Below, one piece after another: positions 48,223 through 57,939 of a stretch of DNA of 64,000 bases. A model generated the notes under the pieces. The model worked only from the letters and a program-made list of their open reading frames with translations. It ran no database searches and was not told where the DNA came from. Position 1 is the stretch's first letter. Every line of letters starts with the position of its first letter. Source of the stretch: a virus; the IMG/VR virus record IMGVR_UViG_3300037493_005286, positions 1 to 64,000 of that record; one strand, written 5' to 3'. The position numbers were made by a program, and so were the translations under genes.

Positions 48223-49253
48223 TTATACCGGAAGATTATGTTATTATTAAGTTCTTTGAATTAGGTTACTACCCTAAGCGAAATAAGTTTAATAATACCT
48301 TTCAGTGCGGGTGCCCTATTTGTAAGGAAGGTCACTCATTAGGAAAAAAGCGTAGATGTTACTATATACCTGAAAAAGAGGTAATTTTCTGCCATAATTG
48401 CGGATGGTCAAGTAAACCAGCAAAATGGATCTGTGAAGTATCAGGATTATCAAATATAGAGCTAATTGAAGAGTTACGCGAGTATGTACCAGAATTAGTA
48501 ATACCTGAGGATAAGAATATTATAAAGAAAATTGTTAGCAGTACTTTACCTGTAGACAGTATTAATCTTTCCGACGAAAGTCAATTAGCATACTATAAAA
48601 ATAACGATGTATTACGTTCGTGCATGCACTTAATTAAACATAGAAGGTTAGATACAGCTATAAACAGACCTACAAATTTATATTTAACGTTAACCGATAA
48701 AGTACACAAGAACAGATTAATTATACCGTTTATAACAGAGCGGAATGATATCGAATTCTACCAATCACGTACGATATTAAAATTTGATAATAAAAAACCA
48801 AAATACCTATCAAAAATTAACGCTGAAAAGACATTATTCAATATAAACAAAATAGATACTGCAAACGAATTTGTTTACATTTTCGAAGGCCCTGTAAACG
48901 CGTTTTTTACAAAAAATAGTGTAGCTGTTGCAGGTATTACAGAGGGTAACAATACATTTACACCTAGACAGCGTGAACAGCTCAATACTACGTTAAAGTT
49001 TCATACAAAGATATGGGTATTAGATTCTCAGTGGATAGATACCGCATCGTTAGTAAAATCGCAAAATCTTTTAGAGCAAGGCGAGAAAGTTTTTATATGG
49101 CCTGAAAAATTTGGTACGAGATTTAAAGACTTTAACGATATTGCAATGCATTGCAAAATAGACGAAATTACAGGAGAATTTATACAAAAAAATACCTGTG
49201 AAGGACTCACAGGTATAATTAAGTTAGCTGAGATTAAAAGATTTAGACATTAA
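48219..49253 (+). CDS. gp61: DNA primase gp61
   Basis: CPIC..CHNCG Zn finger, RLIIPF, FEGP, WVLD, KDFND. Confidence 0.88.
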   Translation: MIIPEDYVIIKFFELGYYPKRNKFNNTFQCGCPICKEGHSLGKKRRCYYIPEKEVIFCHNCGWSSKPAKWICEVSGLSNIELIEELREYVPELVIPEDKNIIKKIVSSTLPVDSINLSDESQLAYYKNNDVLRSCMHLIKHRRLDTAINRPTNLYLTLTDKVHKNRLIIPFITERNDIEFYQSRTILKFDNKKPKYLSKINAEKTLFNINKIDTANEFVYIFEGPVNAFFTKNSVAVAGITEGNNTFTPRQREQLNTTLKFHTKIWVLDSQWIDTASLVKSQNLLEQGEKVFIWPEKFGTRFKDFNDIAMHCKIDEITGEFIQKNTCEGLTGIIKLAEIKRFRH

Positions 49254-50086
49254 ACGGTAACTATTGTATCTACCAGGTTCACGCCTTTATTATCAAAGAT
49301 TAATGTTATATGTTTATATCCTATTGCAGCTGTTGCTTTTGCTTTAGCAATATTTTTGCTCTTTTGTTGAGAATACGTCCATGCACTTTTAACCTCATAA
49401 ACCACATTACTTTCTTCATGAAAAAAATCTGGAAAGTACTTTTTATTTCCTCCCTTATACATATACGATATAGTAGGTACATCAATACCGACACTAATAT
49501 TATTAACGTTAATACCCTCTCCTACCAAGTATTCTAGAGCCTGCGGCTCAAACCCTTGAACCGTAAATAACCTTCCATTCACTTTCACGTGTTTAAGCCT
49601 ATAACCACTCTTCATTGCTTTAAGGTGTATATCTATTAACTGCATTGGATTATCTACACCGTATTTTTCACGCATGTTATCTGCTCTTCTTACTTTTGTA
49701 GATAAGAGACTATTAGATTCTTTAATTGTTCTGAGCTCAACACCTAGCCTAATAAGCCAATTTTTAATTGTAACGTGTGATACATTAAAATGCTTACCCA
49801 GTTCAATCAAGGATAAGCCATTGCTATATAGTGCTTTTAATTCACTACAGGTTTTTGGTTTATCGTCTAAAAAATGAAGCTTGCAGCTTTTTTTGTAGTC
49901 TGCAAGCTTGTTATTATCTGACGTGGTTCGCTTTTTAATATTATTAATTACTAAAACCCTATTAACGCGATTATACATTACGTTGTATTTTTTAGATATA
50001 GATCTTATTGTGAGCTCATTATTATAATCTTCAATGATTTTTTGTGCTAATGTTGATTCTATACTACGAGTCTCTTTAACCTCCAT
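49250..50086 (-). mobile_element. Putative free-standing endonuclease (HTH repeats plus PD-(D/E)xK domain)
   Basis: Two HTH-like repeats, EKYGVDNPMQ, QGFE, YFPDFF..VYEVKS.WT; own TAAATA; antisense to the primase. Confidence 0.7.
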
Positions 50087-50118
50087 ATGTATATTTAGTC
50101 AAGAGACAAGTTTTACAT

Positions 50119-50559
50119 CTATACGTATTTGAAAGCGGGATTCTCAGTTTGAGAAATATAACCTCTAAAAGATTCTGTAAGTGCTGCTAATTCAGTTGCT
50201 ACGCGTGAAATTTTACGTTGCTCTGATTGTTTCATTCTATCGAAAATTGTATCAGCTTCTGCGTTAGCTAACTTAACTTGAATAGAGTCGCCGTGGGTAC
50301 CATTAAGAAAGTCAAGAAACTCATCACATCTACCAACCCATGATTCAAGCTCTTGTTGCATTGCTTGTGCTTGAGCTGATCTAATCTTAGCAGCTTGTGC
50401 AACAAGATCACCATCAGGTGATTCAGGCGTCTCTGTCGAAGTATCAAAAGCTGATGGATCAGTTCCCTTATCTAATGAAGCTTCCATTGCTGCACGGTCA
50501 CCACTAACACCATCTTGCTCATTTAAATATTTTAAAAATCTCTTCTCGAACTTTGTCAT
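50119..50559 (-). CDS. Late protein, putative internal head protein
   Basis: TAAATA 5 nt upstream; MTKFEKRFLKYLNE|Q. Confidence 0.65.
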   Translation of the reverse strand: MTKFEKRFLKYLNEQDGVSGDRAAMEASLDKGTDPSAFDTSTETPESPDGDLVAQAAKIRSAQAQAMQQELESWVGRCDEFLDFLNGTHGDSIQVKLANAEADTIFDRMKQSEQRKISRVATELAALTESFRGYISQTENPAFKYV

Positions 50560-50591
50560 ATGATTATTTATTCCTTACACTAAATAATTAT

Positions 50592-50918
50592 GTGAATATT
50601 TCAACAAATCCACATCAAATAGGTCGTGCTGATGCACCAATTAACGCTCAAGGTGGAATCGACACTCAATTAGATAAAAGAGATCAAGAAGAAGCTCTGA
50701 GTAAAGCACCAGCTATACTACCTACTCCTCTTGACGCATTACCAGTACTATTAGGCGATTTATTTGTAGCTCTTAATAGAATTAAAGAAACATTTTCCCG
50801 AGCATGTGATAGTCCGACTATTAATAAGGAACATTTAGTAGAACTACAGCATGATATTGATGATATTTCGCAGAATGTACTTGATTTAACACAGACATTA
50901 GCTAAAATGATACTGTAA
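50592..50918 (+). CDS. Hypothetical late protein (start revised to GTG 50592)
   Basis: TAAATA at 50581-50586, 5 nt before an in-frame GTG. Confidence 0.55.
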   Translation: MNISTNPHQIGRADAPINAQGGIDTQLDKRDQEEALSKAPAILPTPLDALPVLLGDLFVALNRIKETFSRACDSPTINKEHLVELQHDIDDISQNVLDLTQTLAKMIL

Positions 50919-50920
50919 CA

Positions 50921-51328
50921 ATGTTCAATATATTAAAGTCGATCGCTATAACAGTACTTATTAGTTTAGGTATCGCATTTTCATTAAAATCAGTCTTTGG
51001 ATTTTGGGAAACATTTGTTTTATTTTCCATTATACAGCTCGGTGTAAGCTATATGTGGAATACAGCTAAACTTAATAAGGCGGACATTATAATGAGTGAA
51101 GTTGAACAGACTATTGACGAACTAATTAAAAAGCAAGAAGTTGAAGTAGAATGTCCATGTGGTAAAAGTAAAATTAATACAATTATTTTCGTAAATGACG
51201 ACGTTGTACTGCAATGCGAAAAATGTAATAATTCCTTTAGAGTTCTTACAGAAGTAAAAACACAACTACTTACTGAAACGGTAAATATGGAACAAGTCTA
51301 TGATAAGTTAAAAGGAACTACCTTATAA
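50921..51328 (+). CDS. Membrane protein with Zn-ribbon
   Basis: Two N-terminal hydrophobic helices; CPCG...CEKC. Confidence 0.65.
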   Translation: MFNILKSIAITVLISLGIAFSLKSVFGFWETFVLFSIIQLGVSYMWNTAKLNKADIIMSEVEQTIDELIKKQEVEVECPCGKSKINTIIFVNDDVVLQCEKCNNSFRVLTEVKTQLLTETVNMEQVYDKLKGTTL

Positions 51329-51344
51329 TAATGTTATAGAATAT

Positions 51345-51587
51345 ATGAAACAGTTTAAATTTAACTTAAAAAACGGATCGAAGATTAAAATGGAGTTTGA
51401 CGAATTTGTTCGTTGGGCGTGCTTACTTGAGGGTGTTGAATATATTTCGACAGCGTGTGAAGAACGAGGAATGAATATTAATGACGATAGCTGGATCAAG
51501 CCCTTAGCCTTGCAAAAGTATATCGAAGAACGTTTTCCTGCTATGCAACACGATCTCAAGGTTGAAGCAATTATGGGCAATATTTAA
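51345..51587 (+). CDS. Hypothetical protein
   Basis: 80-aa ORF after an AT-rich spacer. Confidence 0.55.
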   Translation: MKQFKFNLKNGSKIKMEFDEFVRWACLLEGVEYISTACEERGMNINDDSWIKPLALQKYIEERFPAMQHDLKVEAIMGNI

Positions 51588-52603
51588 GCTTCGCGCCAGG
51601 TATAATTATAATTAAAATTATATCGATTACGTAGGAATGTACCTGCAAATGGCGAAGTAGTGTCATTTGATATACCTGTCAAATTATAATATAAATTTGA
51701 TATATTATAAAACACAAACGGAACTGCAAAGCGCGTAGCTGTAAATCTATGATCTAGTTCTAAACTATTATCAGGTATAATTAGGAAAGTACTAATATCT
51801 CTGTATATACCTGTTACATTAGACTGTACACCGGTATATACAGTAGATACTGTTACTGATTTAGTAGAGTGGTTTATACTATAACCTATCTCTGTAGGAG
51901 GAAAGGAAGATTTTGAGGGTGTACTGATACCCACCTTTAGTTGATCAGGCCATGGTGCACCGACTGCTGTAATAGGACCATTATTTGTTGTTAAAACAAG
52001 GTAATTATTACTATAGTAAGGTCTATCATATACAGGTGTATTATACGTGTAAGTAGTTAACGGTATACTATATGTATAACCGTCACCAGTATTTATTTTT
52101 GCTGTAGATGCTGTAGTATTGTACCAGTTTAACTTTATCTTATAGGTAAACTCGAGAATATCACCCATTAATACGTCAATAGCGCTGCCAAAGGTATTTC
52201 TAGCAAAAGCATTACTCGATAATGCAGGCTTTATAGCGAATTCTTGCAAACTAATATCCTGTGAAGCAGAGATAGTACTAAATGTCGCTTTGTATACCTT
52301 AGAACTTAGTCCTTCTATATAGCTTTCCTTATTATCGCAAAGTATATTAATAAAAGAACTTAAAGGAGGTGCTGCTAAGATGCCATTTAAGTAATACCCA
52401 GCTGATCCGCCAAGGCTACCACTTACCCCTAAGTCTAAGTAATTAATCAAATCAGGTACATCGGTATTATATAAAGCCATCAACCCACCTGATAATATAG
52501 TATTACTACACCAATCACTATTATACGCGATTTCATTATTACGTATAATTTTAACGTTATATGTACCTTTAAGGTCAACTGTACAGTTTAAAGTATTATT
52601 CAT
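51584..52603 (-). CDS. Baseplate/tail-fibre-associated structural protein (start revised to MNNTLN)
   Basis: LKGTYNVKII...NTILSGG...YLDLG...LQEFAI...AFARNTF..I....D.LEFTYKI fibre/baseplate-type N-domain. Confidence 0.55.
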   Translation of the reverse strand: MNNTLNCTVDLKGTYNVKIIRNNEIAYNSDWCSNTILSGGLMALYNTDVPDLINYLDLGVSGSLGGSAGYYLNGILAAPPLSSFINILCDNKESYIEGLSSKVYKATFSTISASQDISLQEFAIKPALSSNAFARNTFGSAIDVLMGDILEFTYKIKLNWYNTTASTAKINTGDGYTYSIPLTTYTYNTPVYDRPYYSNNYLVLTTNNGPITAVGAPWPDQLKVGISTPSKSSFPPTEIGYSINHSTKSVTVSTVYTGVQSNVTGIYRDISTFLIIPDNSLELDHRFTATRFAVPFVFYNISNLYYNLTGISNDTTSPFAGTFLRNRYNFNYNYTWREA

Positions 52604-52604
52604 T

Positions 52605-53783
52605 TTAAAAATATGATAGAGATGTACTGCTAGTATACGACCCCACTGGTCGAGTATAGCCACCGTTATTTAAATACGTAGTGCCACCGTTAATTAACTT
52701 CCACGTATCTCCCATACTCGAAAGACTTAAAGTATACGCACCATTTTTATATGTAAAGTAATCAGTTCTTGTTAATATTACTCGAGTTGTACCGTTTACT
52801 AAGGCATCTATATAATGCCCGAAATTATAATAATCAGGAGCTGTATCATTATTACCTCCTAAATTTGAATCGGCACAGTAATTTCTACCAGAAAGTAAAC
52901 ATGCCTTAGAGGTAGCAGCATCGCTATTATCAGTATATTTAAATGTACATAGCTCATTTAAAAATGGAGGATACGCTGGGGATATTACAGGAATTGCGGT
53001 AATTGTACTTGACTGAGTATTATAGCAAGATAGGGTGGATATTGTAGTTACATTGGTACTGTTCTGTACCAATGTAGGCGCTACACGAACACCTTCAATA
53101 TGTACGTTATCAATAACAATCCTACCTGCAGATGTTGTTGTTGTAAAAGAACTAACAGGCTTTGTAAAAGATACACCTGGTCTAAATCGACTATTAGCTG
53201 AAGCACTTAAATTAACATTTAATGTTAATAAGTTAGTAAACTCATTATCCGGTGAATACCTATAATCAACAATAAGAAGACTACCTAAATCAGCCAGTCT
53301 AGCTCTTATTGTCTTTTTAGATGAATCTACGACATTAAATCCTGTAATTGCAAAATTTGTAGAATATTTGTTATAAGAAAATGTAGGAAATTCAGCACGG
53401 ATCGAGATAGAGTTAGGTATTACGGAAGCCTCAGTAATACCATCTCTAATTAACCTAGTATTTGTACTATCATTTGCTGATACTGCAAAACCACCTGTTG
53501 AGTCAAAACCAACGCCAATTAAAGCACCGTATAATCCAAACTCCAAGCCGGTATAACCTGTGATGTTCTCAAACGAAGATAATCCCGAGTAACCTAAATC
53601 TATACCTGAACTACCGCCATAAAATTCATAATCTGCATTTTGTAAAAATACACAAAACCCAAACTCCGTACTAGGTAAAGCACCACTCAAGTAATAATCA
53701 AAAGACCACACGATATCATAATATGGTGAATAACATGCCTCGCCTATACTTAAAGCTTTTACACCGGTTGGAGTTAGATACAT
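52605..53783 (-). CDS. L-type (legume) lectin-like virion protein
   Basis: WSFDY..., GFCVFL, GG..G..LGY.G, IGVGFDS, NSISIR. Confidence 0.6.
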   Translation of the reverse strand: MYLTPTGVKALSIGEACYSPYYDIVWSFDYYLSGALPSTEFGFCVFLQNADYEFYGGSSGIDLGYSGLSSFENITGYTGLEFGLYGALIGVGFDSTGGFAVSANDSTNTRLIRDGITEASVIPNSISIRAEFPTFSYNKYSTNFAITGFNVVDSSKKTIRARLADLGSLLIVDYRYSPDNEFTNLLTLNVNLSASANSRFRPGVSFTKPVSSFTTTTSAGRIVIDNVHIEGVRVAPTLVQNSTNVTTISTLSCYNTQSSTITAIPVISPAYPPFLNELCTFKYTDNSDAATSKACLLSGRNYCADSNLGGNNDTAPDYYNFGHYIDALVNGTTRVILTRTDYFTYKNGAYTLSLSSMGDTWKLINGGTTYLNNGGYTRPVGSYTSSTSLSYF

Positions 53784-53799
53784 ATATTATATATTTAGT

Positions 53800-54012
53800 T
53801 TACGACCGCTTAATAAAAACGCAAGTAAGAGTTTTACTACCCTTAAATGATGAGGAATGAATTAATTCAAAATTAAGTCTCTTCAACTCTTGAAATATAA
53901 TTGAAAAGTACTCCTTATCTAAGTTCATTACTATACTACCTCTTTGCTCGTCTACTAATATAAAGTCAGTAAACTCTTCGGCAAGAGCATATGCTTTATC
54001 TGGAACGGTCAC
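53800..54012 (-). CDS. Small late protein
   Basis: GTG start 5 nt after TAAATA. Confidence 0.5.
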   Translation of the reverse strand: MTVPDKAYALAEEFTDFILVDEQRGSIVMNLDKEYFSIIFQELKRLNFELIHSSSFKGSKTLTCVFIKRS

Positions 54013-54039
54013 AGTAGTATTTAATCACATACTACGCGA

Positions 54040-54909
54040 TTACTTTGTATAGCCTATAATTCTAAGATTAATAGATACTTCACTACTCCATGGCGATATA
54101 CGCAGTCCAAAAAATGAATTATTACCAATACTTGATAAGGGTATAGTCGCATGACCCTGTATAAGAGCTGCAAGGCTATTAGGTAGTTCTGCTATTTGAT
54201 ACTCGTAATCCCCAACCTCGGTTAAATTAGTTGTAGCAAGTTTTGTAATTGCTGGAGCTCCAGCAATTACAATAGGATTTAACGGAGTAGTAGTAGCTAA
54301 CATCCTATACTCTATAATAACACTTTTAGCAACTAAAGGTAATCTACGACCTGTAGACACACCGGTAATATTAGATATAGTAGGATACGTATTCATTTTT
54401 ATACCGGTAAGTACATTAGAATAAGTTGTAAAATTAGTACATATTGCCACCGGCGCAGCTAAAAATACTGTACCTGCTTCTCCATTATAAACATCAGAAT
54501 CATTAATGGTTGTAACTGTACCGGGGTATATAGGAGCTGCAGTGAGAGCGACAGCTCGTATTTGATTAAATTCGTCAATACTAATAGTATTGTCACCAGC
54601 AGTATACTTACCTCCTATTGACTGCCATCCCGCATTAGCCCACTGGTATAATGTACTATTACCGGTATCAAACGCCAAATCACCAGTGACTGATGTTACT
54701 AGGGTACCTATACTACCTGTTCTGTATACAAGGTTACCTACAACACTACCACCGTACGTCATACCATCACCTACAAAAAGTCTTTCTGTATCAGCTGTAT
54801 ATCCTAACTCACCTTGTGCTAGTACTATACCCTTCCTATCAACATCAGACCCTCTTCTAACAAGAAGTTTGAGAAGTGTATTTTCAAGTATTTCGATTTT
54901 TTTCGCCAT
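54040..54909 (-). CDS. Tail fibre with Mtd-N-like domain
   Basis: LLVRRG..RK.IVLAQGELGYTADTERLFVGDG..GG. Confidence 0.75.
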   Translation of the reverse strand: MAKKIEILENTLLKLLVRRGSDVDRKGIVLAQGELGYTADTERLFVGDGMTYGGSVVGNLVYRTGSIGTLVTSVTGDLAFDTGNSTLYQWANAGWQSIGGKYTAGDNTISIDEFNQIRAVALTAAPIYPGTVTTINDSDVYNGEAGTVFLAAPVAICTNFTTYSNVLTGIKMNTYPTISNITGVSTGRRLPLVAKSVIIEYRMLATTTPLNPIVIAGAPAITKLATTNLTEVGDYEYQIAELPNSLAALIQGHATIPLSSIGNNSFFGLRISPWSSEVSINLRIIGYTK

Positions 54910-54934
54910 ATTAATTATTTAAGGTTATACAATA

Positions 54935-56938
54935 TTAAATTTCCGCGTCAGCCGTCCATTGCATTGAACCATCGAAAAACCCGGTAGTAGATGTTGTATT
55001 TGTATGAAATTGATTTGTGTTTACATCTGCTACAGTTACGTTGTAAGAGCTTAAATAGGTACCAACTCGTATTAAGTCAGCTCTACCTTGAGTTCCTGTT
55101 TGTGGTGAGTATGTAATTATAGTGGGTGTGACTGCTTTTGTCACTTTAAACGGTACCCTATGGCTAATATACATTGCACTTAATCCATTAACTCCAAGAC
55201 CTGCAGGTATGTATGTTGTATACTCGTGGTTCTGTATATCATTAGCTAAGAATGTTGTACCTGGAGATACATTTACATTATACCCCTTTTCGTAGTATCG
55301 CTGACATAATACTAATTCCGTACCTACTGGCTTGTATTCAAACGGAGTAGGTACATTTCCTCTCTCTAGTTGAATTTGTGCAATATCATACCAACCAGTT
55401 TTATTAGCAGCAAACCCTGCAGTTAGCAAACTAAAATCAGAATTCGTCATGGCAGGCCCAGGGAACACAGGCCACCCGGGTCTGCTACTAGCAAAGGCAT
55501 CGCCAGGGTTACCATGTCTAATCTTTGAACTGTTTGTCCAGAATGTTTTAAGGTCAACTTGAAATACCCAACTTGATAGTGGCGGTGGCGCTGCCCAAGT
55601 GTAAGACGGTGGACTAAGTATTGTGGCACTGGGATCAAACGAAGCTGCAACAACTTGCGCTGATGTTGGCATTAAAAATGTATGGTAAAAATATTGCCAT
55701 ACATTAGAAAGTTGAAACACCTTATTTGCTATAGTTGGTGTCCATAGACCTGTAGGTGTTGAATGTATCTGAGATTCAGATACAATATACGTTGGGTTTT
55801 GTGAACGTGCCCAAAACGACAGGGTTACCTCTCTACCTAGCACCTCATAGGCGTTTTCTAAACTGCATATAGCAAGGGCACCTTCTCCATCAGTATTTAT
55901 AGTTCCTAGATTAGTTGTTCCGGTAACATTTGATGATAACCGTAAAAAATAATTCGAGTTGAAAAAAGCTTGAGATGCAGCATCAGATGTCATACGTATT
56001 ACGCTATACGTGCCAGTATACCCTGAATTAGGTAAATTAATATACGTATTCCATCTATCAGCAGCCTTATACGGTGCAGGTACAGGCCATGCAGCCGGAT
56101 TAATGGATAAGCTAGTATATATAGATGGGTTATACCTTTGCCAGAAATCAAAATTACTATTAATGACCTTATTTTTAAATCCATAGGCTCCACTATCTGT
56201 ACTTAAAGCACTAAGGCTTAAATCAGTTATTGCTGGCCAGCCACTAGTTAATGAGCTGGTAAATGCTGAATATACATCATCTCCGAGATAAGTTAAAGTT
56301 ATTGATTTTGGCAGTAAAGTTATGTTACCAGCAGCAAAAACTAACGGTTCAGCTATTTTAACGCCTATCTGGACACCATTACCCCCGCTAAGCCCTCGCT
56401 CATTATTAAAAGCCGATGTATTAAGTTTCGCAGCATCAATACCACCATCTTTTACTATTAGTTTGTTAATAGATGTGTTAATCGCGATACTACTCTCATC
56501 CGAGTTAATTTTGATACCATCAATAGTATTAATTATAGCACCTTCAGGATTAACCACAGTTCCTGTCGCTGTACTTATTAAAGAAGATGTAACTGTAAGT
56601 CTATTACTAGCATCATATGTTATATAAGTATTATCAGGTTTAGCGTTAATATTCGCCCAGTTTGAAAGGTTAGTAAAATCAGCAGCTGTAAGCTGGTATA
56701 GTATGTTATTAGAATAAATAGTATCTCCAACCAAAGCGGTAGTTTGATTTGTTAGTACTGGTGATGGTGGTAATGTATTGTTACCAACCGAATTACCACC
56801 TAGAGATACACCGTCACCTATAAACACCCTGCGAGTATCAATAGTATAACCTAATTCACCTTGCTCGAGCGTAACCGACTTACGCTGAAGATCGGTACCA
56901 CGTCTTATTTTAAGTTTAATAGTTGAAATGTCAGGCAT
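54935..56938 (-). CDS. Tail fibre with Mtd-N-like and carbohydrate-binding-like domains
   Basis: LKIRRGT..LEQGELGYTIDTRRVFIGDG; KNKVINSNFDFWQR..ADRW..QLERG.VPTPFE...ELVLCQRYY. Confidence 0.78.
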   Translation of the reverse strand: MPDISTIKLKIRRGTDLQRKSVTLEQGELGYTIDTRRVFIGDGVSLGGNSVGNNTLPPSPVLTNQTTALVGDTIYSNNILYQLTAADFTNLSNWANINAKPDNTYITYDASNRLTVTSSLISTATGTVVNPEGAIINTIDGIKINSDESSIAINTSINKLIVKDGGIDAAKLNTSAFNNERGLSGGNGVQIGVKIAEPLVFAAGNITLLPKSITLTYLGDDVYSAFTSSLTSGWPAITDLSLSALSTDSGAYGFKNKVINSNFDFWQRYNPSIYTSLSINPAAWPVPAPYKAADRWNTYINLPNSGYTGTYSVIRMTSDAASQAFFNSNYFLRLSSNVTGTTNLGTINTDGEGALAICSLENAYEVLGREVTLSFWARSQNPTYIVSESQIHSTPTGLWTPTIANKVFQLSNVWQYFYHTFLMPTSAQVVAASFDPSATILSPPSYTWAAPPPLSSWVFQVDLKTFWTNSSKIRHGNPGDAFASSRPGWPVFPGPAMTNSDFSLLTAGFAANKTGWYDIAQIQLERGNVPTPFEYKPVGTELVLCQRYYEKGYNVNVSPGTTFLANDIQNHEYTTYIPAGLGVNGLSAMYISHRVPFKVTKAVTPTIITYSPQTGTQGRADLIRVGTYLSSYNVTVADVNTNQFHTNTTSTTGFFDGSMQWTADAEI

Positions 56939-57018
56939 ATATAGTTCACTTGGTTATATAAAAGTGTCTATGATTATTTATGTTACCACTCTGTATTTCA
57001 ACTCGATAGATTTTAAAC

Positions 57019-57939
57019 TTATACGTCTATGCTATTCTCAAAAATACCCTTATCCGTAAGAGTTACTCTAAAGTAATCACGATCTACAATCTTATACTTA
57101 CACCACGAAAAGGCATCTTTAAATGTTATTGGTATACAAGCATAATTACCGCAACTCTCAGAAGTTAAATTTAATCTTAATAAGAAATCTTTCGCATCTT
57201 TCATTCTACTAACATGATTTGAAGTCTCATTAATAAAATTACGTAGTAGGAATGTACTCATCGAACATGAAACGTAATTCATACGTACATCCTGTAACAT
57301 GTAAATAAAACCAGTATTTGCAAATACAAATCCACATCGCATGCCAGCAAATCCTAGACTCTTACTAAACGTTCTTATGATGCAACAGTTACTATACTTT
57401 AATGCTAATTGATGAACTGACTCATAGTTAGAATATTCAATGTACGCCTCATCGATAATAACAAAATTATTATTGCATACAAGATACTCTACTTCGTCAG
57501 GTGTAAATGAATGACCATTATTACCGTTAGGATTAGCAATGTACAATACATCATGATTGGTCAAGCAATCAATGTTTATTTGATTAAAATCACTATAGAA
57601 TATTTCATTAAAAGCAGTACCGTATATTTTACAGTAAACACTAACCATTTCAAATGTAGGTGATAGAATAGTAAATTTACTGGTACGTAACATACGTACT
57701 ATTCTATCAATTAGTTCTGTTGACCCGTAACCTATAGCTAAATTGTTGATATCAAAATTATAATAGCAACTAATTATTTCATATAGTTCACGTTCATTAT
57801 TATAGTTTAATATATCCTTATGATCCACATCACCCAACTTAACTTTTACTTGATCAAAGAGTACACTATCGTAGCATACATTATTACTCAAGTCAATCAA
57901 AGAAGATGATTTATTTATATGCCAATCCGGTCGTCTCAT
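57019..57939 (-). CDS. PLP-dependent HisC/CobD-like aminotransferase or decarboxylase
   Basis: GYGSTELI, PTF.M, ANPNGNNG, IDEAY.EY, RTFSKSLGFAGMRCG. Confidence 0.85.
   Translation of the reverse strand: MRRPDWHINKSSSLIDLSNNVCYDSVLFDQVKVKLGDVDHKDILNYNNERELYEIISCYYNFDINNLAIGYGSTELIDRIVRMLRTSKFTILSPTFEMVSVYCKIYGTAFNEIFYSDFNQINIDCLTNHDVLYIANPNGNNGHSFTPDEVEYLVCNNNFVIIDEAYIEYSNYESVHQLALKYSNCCIIRTFSKSLGFAGMRCGFVFANTGFIYMLQDVRMNYVSCSMSTFLLRNFINETSNHVSRMKDAKDFLLRLNLTSESCGNYACIPITFKDAFSWCKYKIVDRDYFRVTLTDKGIFENSIDV

Noticed and set aside
14967-52663. Long N-terminal extensions in the ORF track (starts 15053, 20804, 21664, 22534, 22731, 24801, 29150, 40571, 41244, 45583, 50553, 52663)
   Set aside because: They overlap neighbours or promoters; downstream starts fit the motifs and promoter spacing.
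54040-56938. Diversity-generating retroelement suggested by Mtd-N domains
   Set aside because: No reverse transcriptase, Avd or TR/VR repeat pair is seen; Mtd-N is only an anchor domain.
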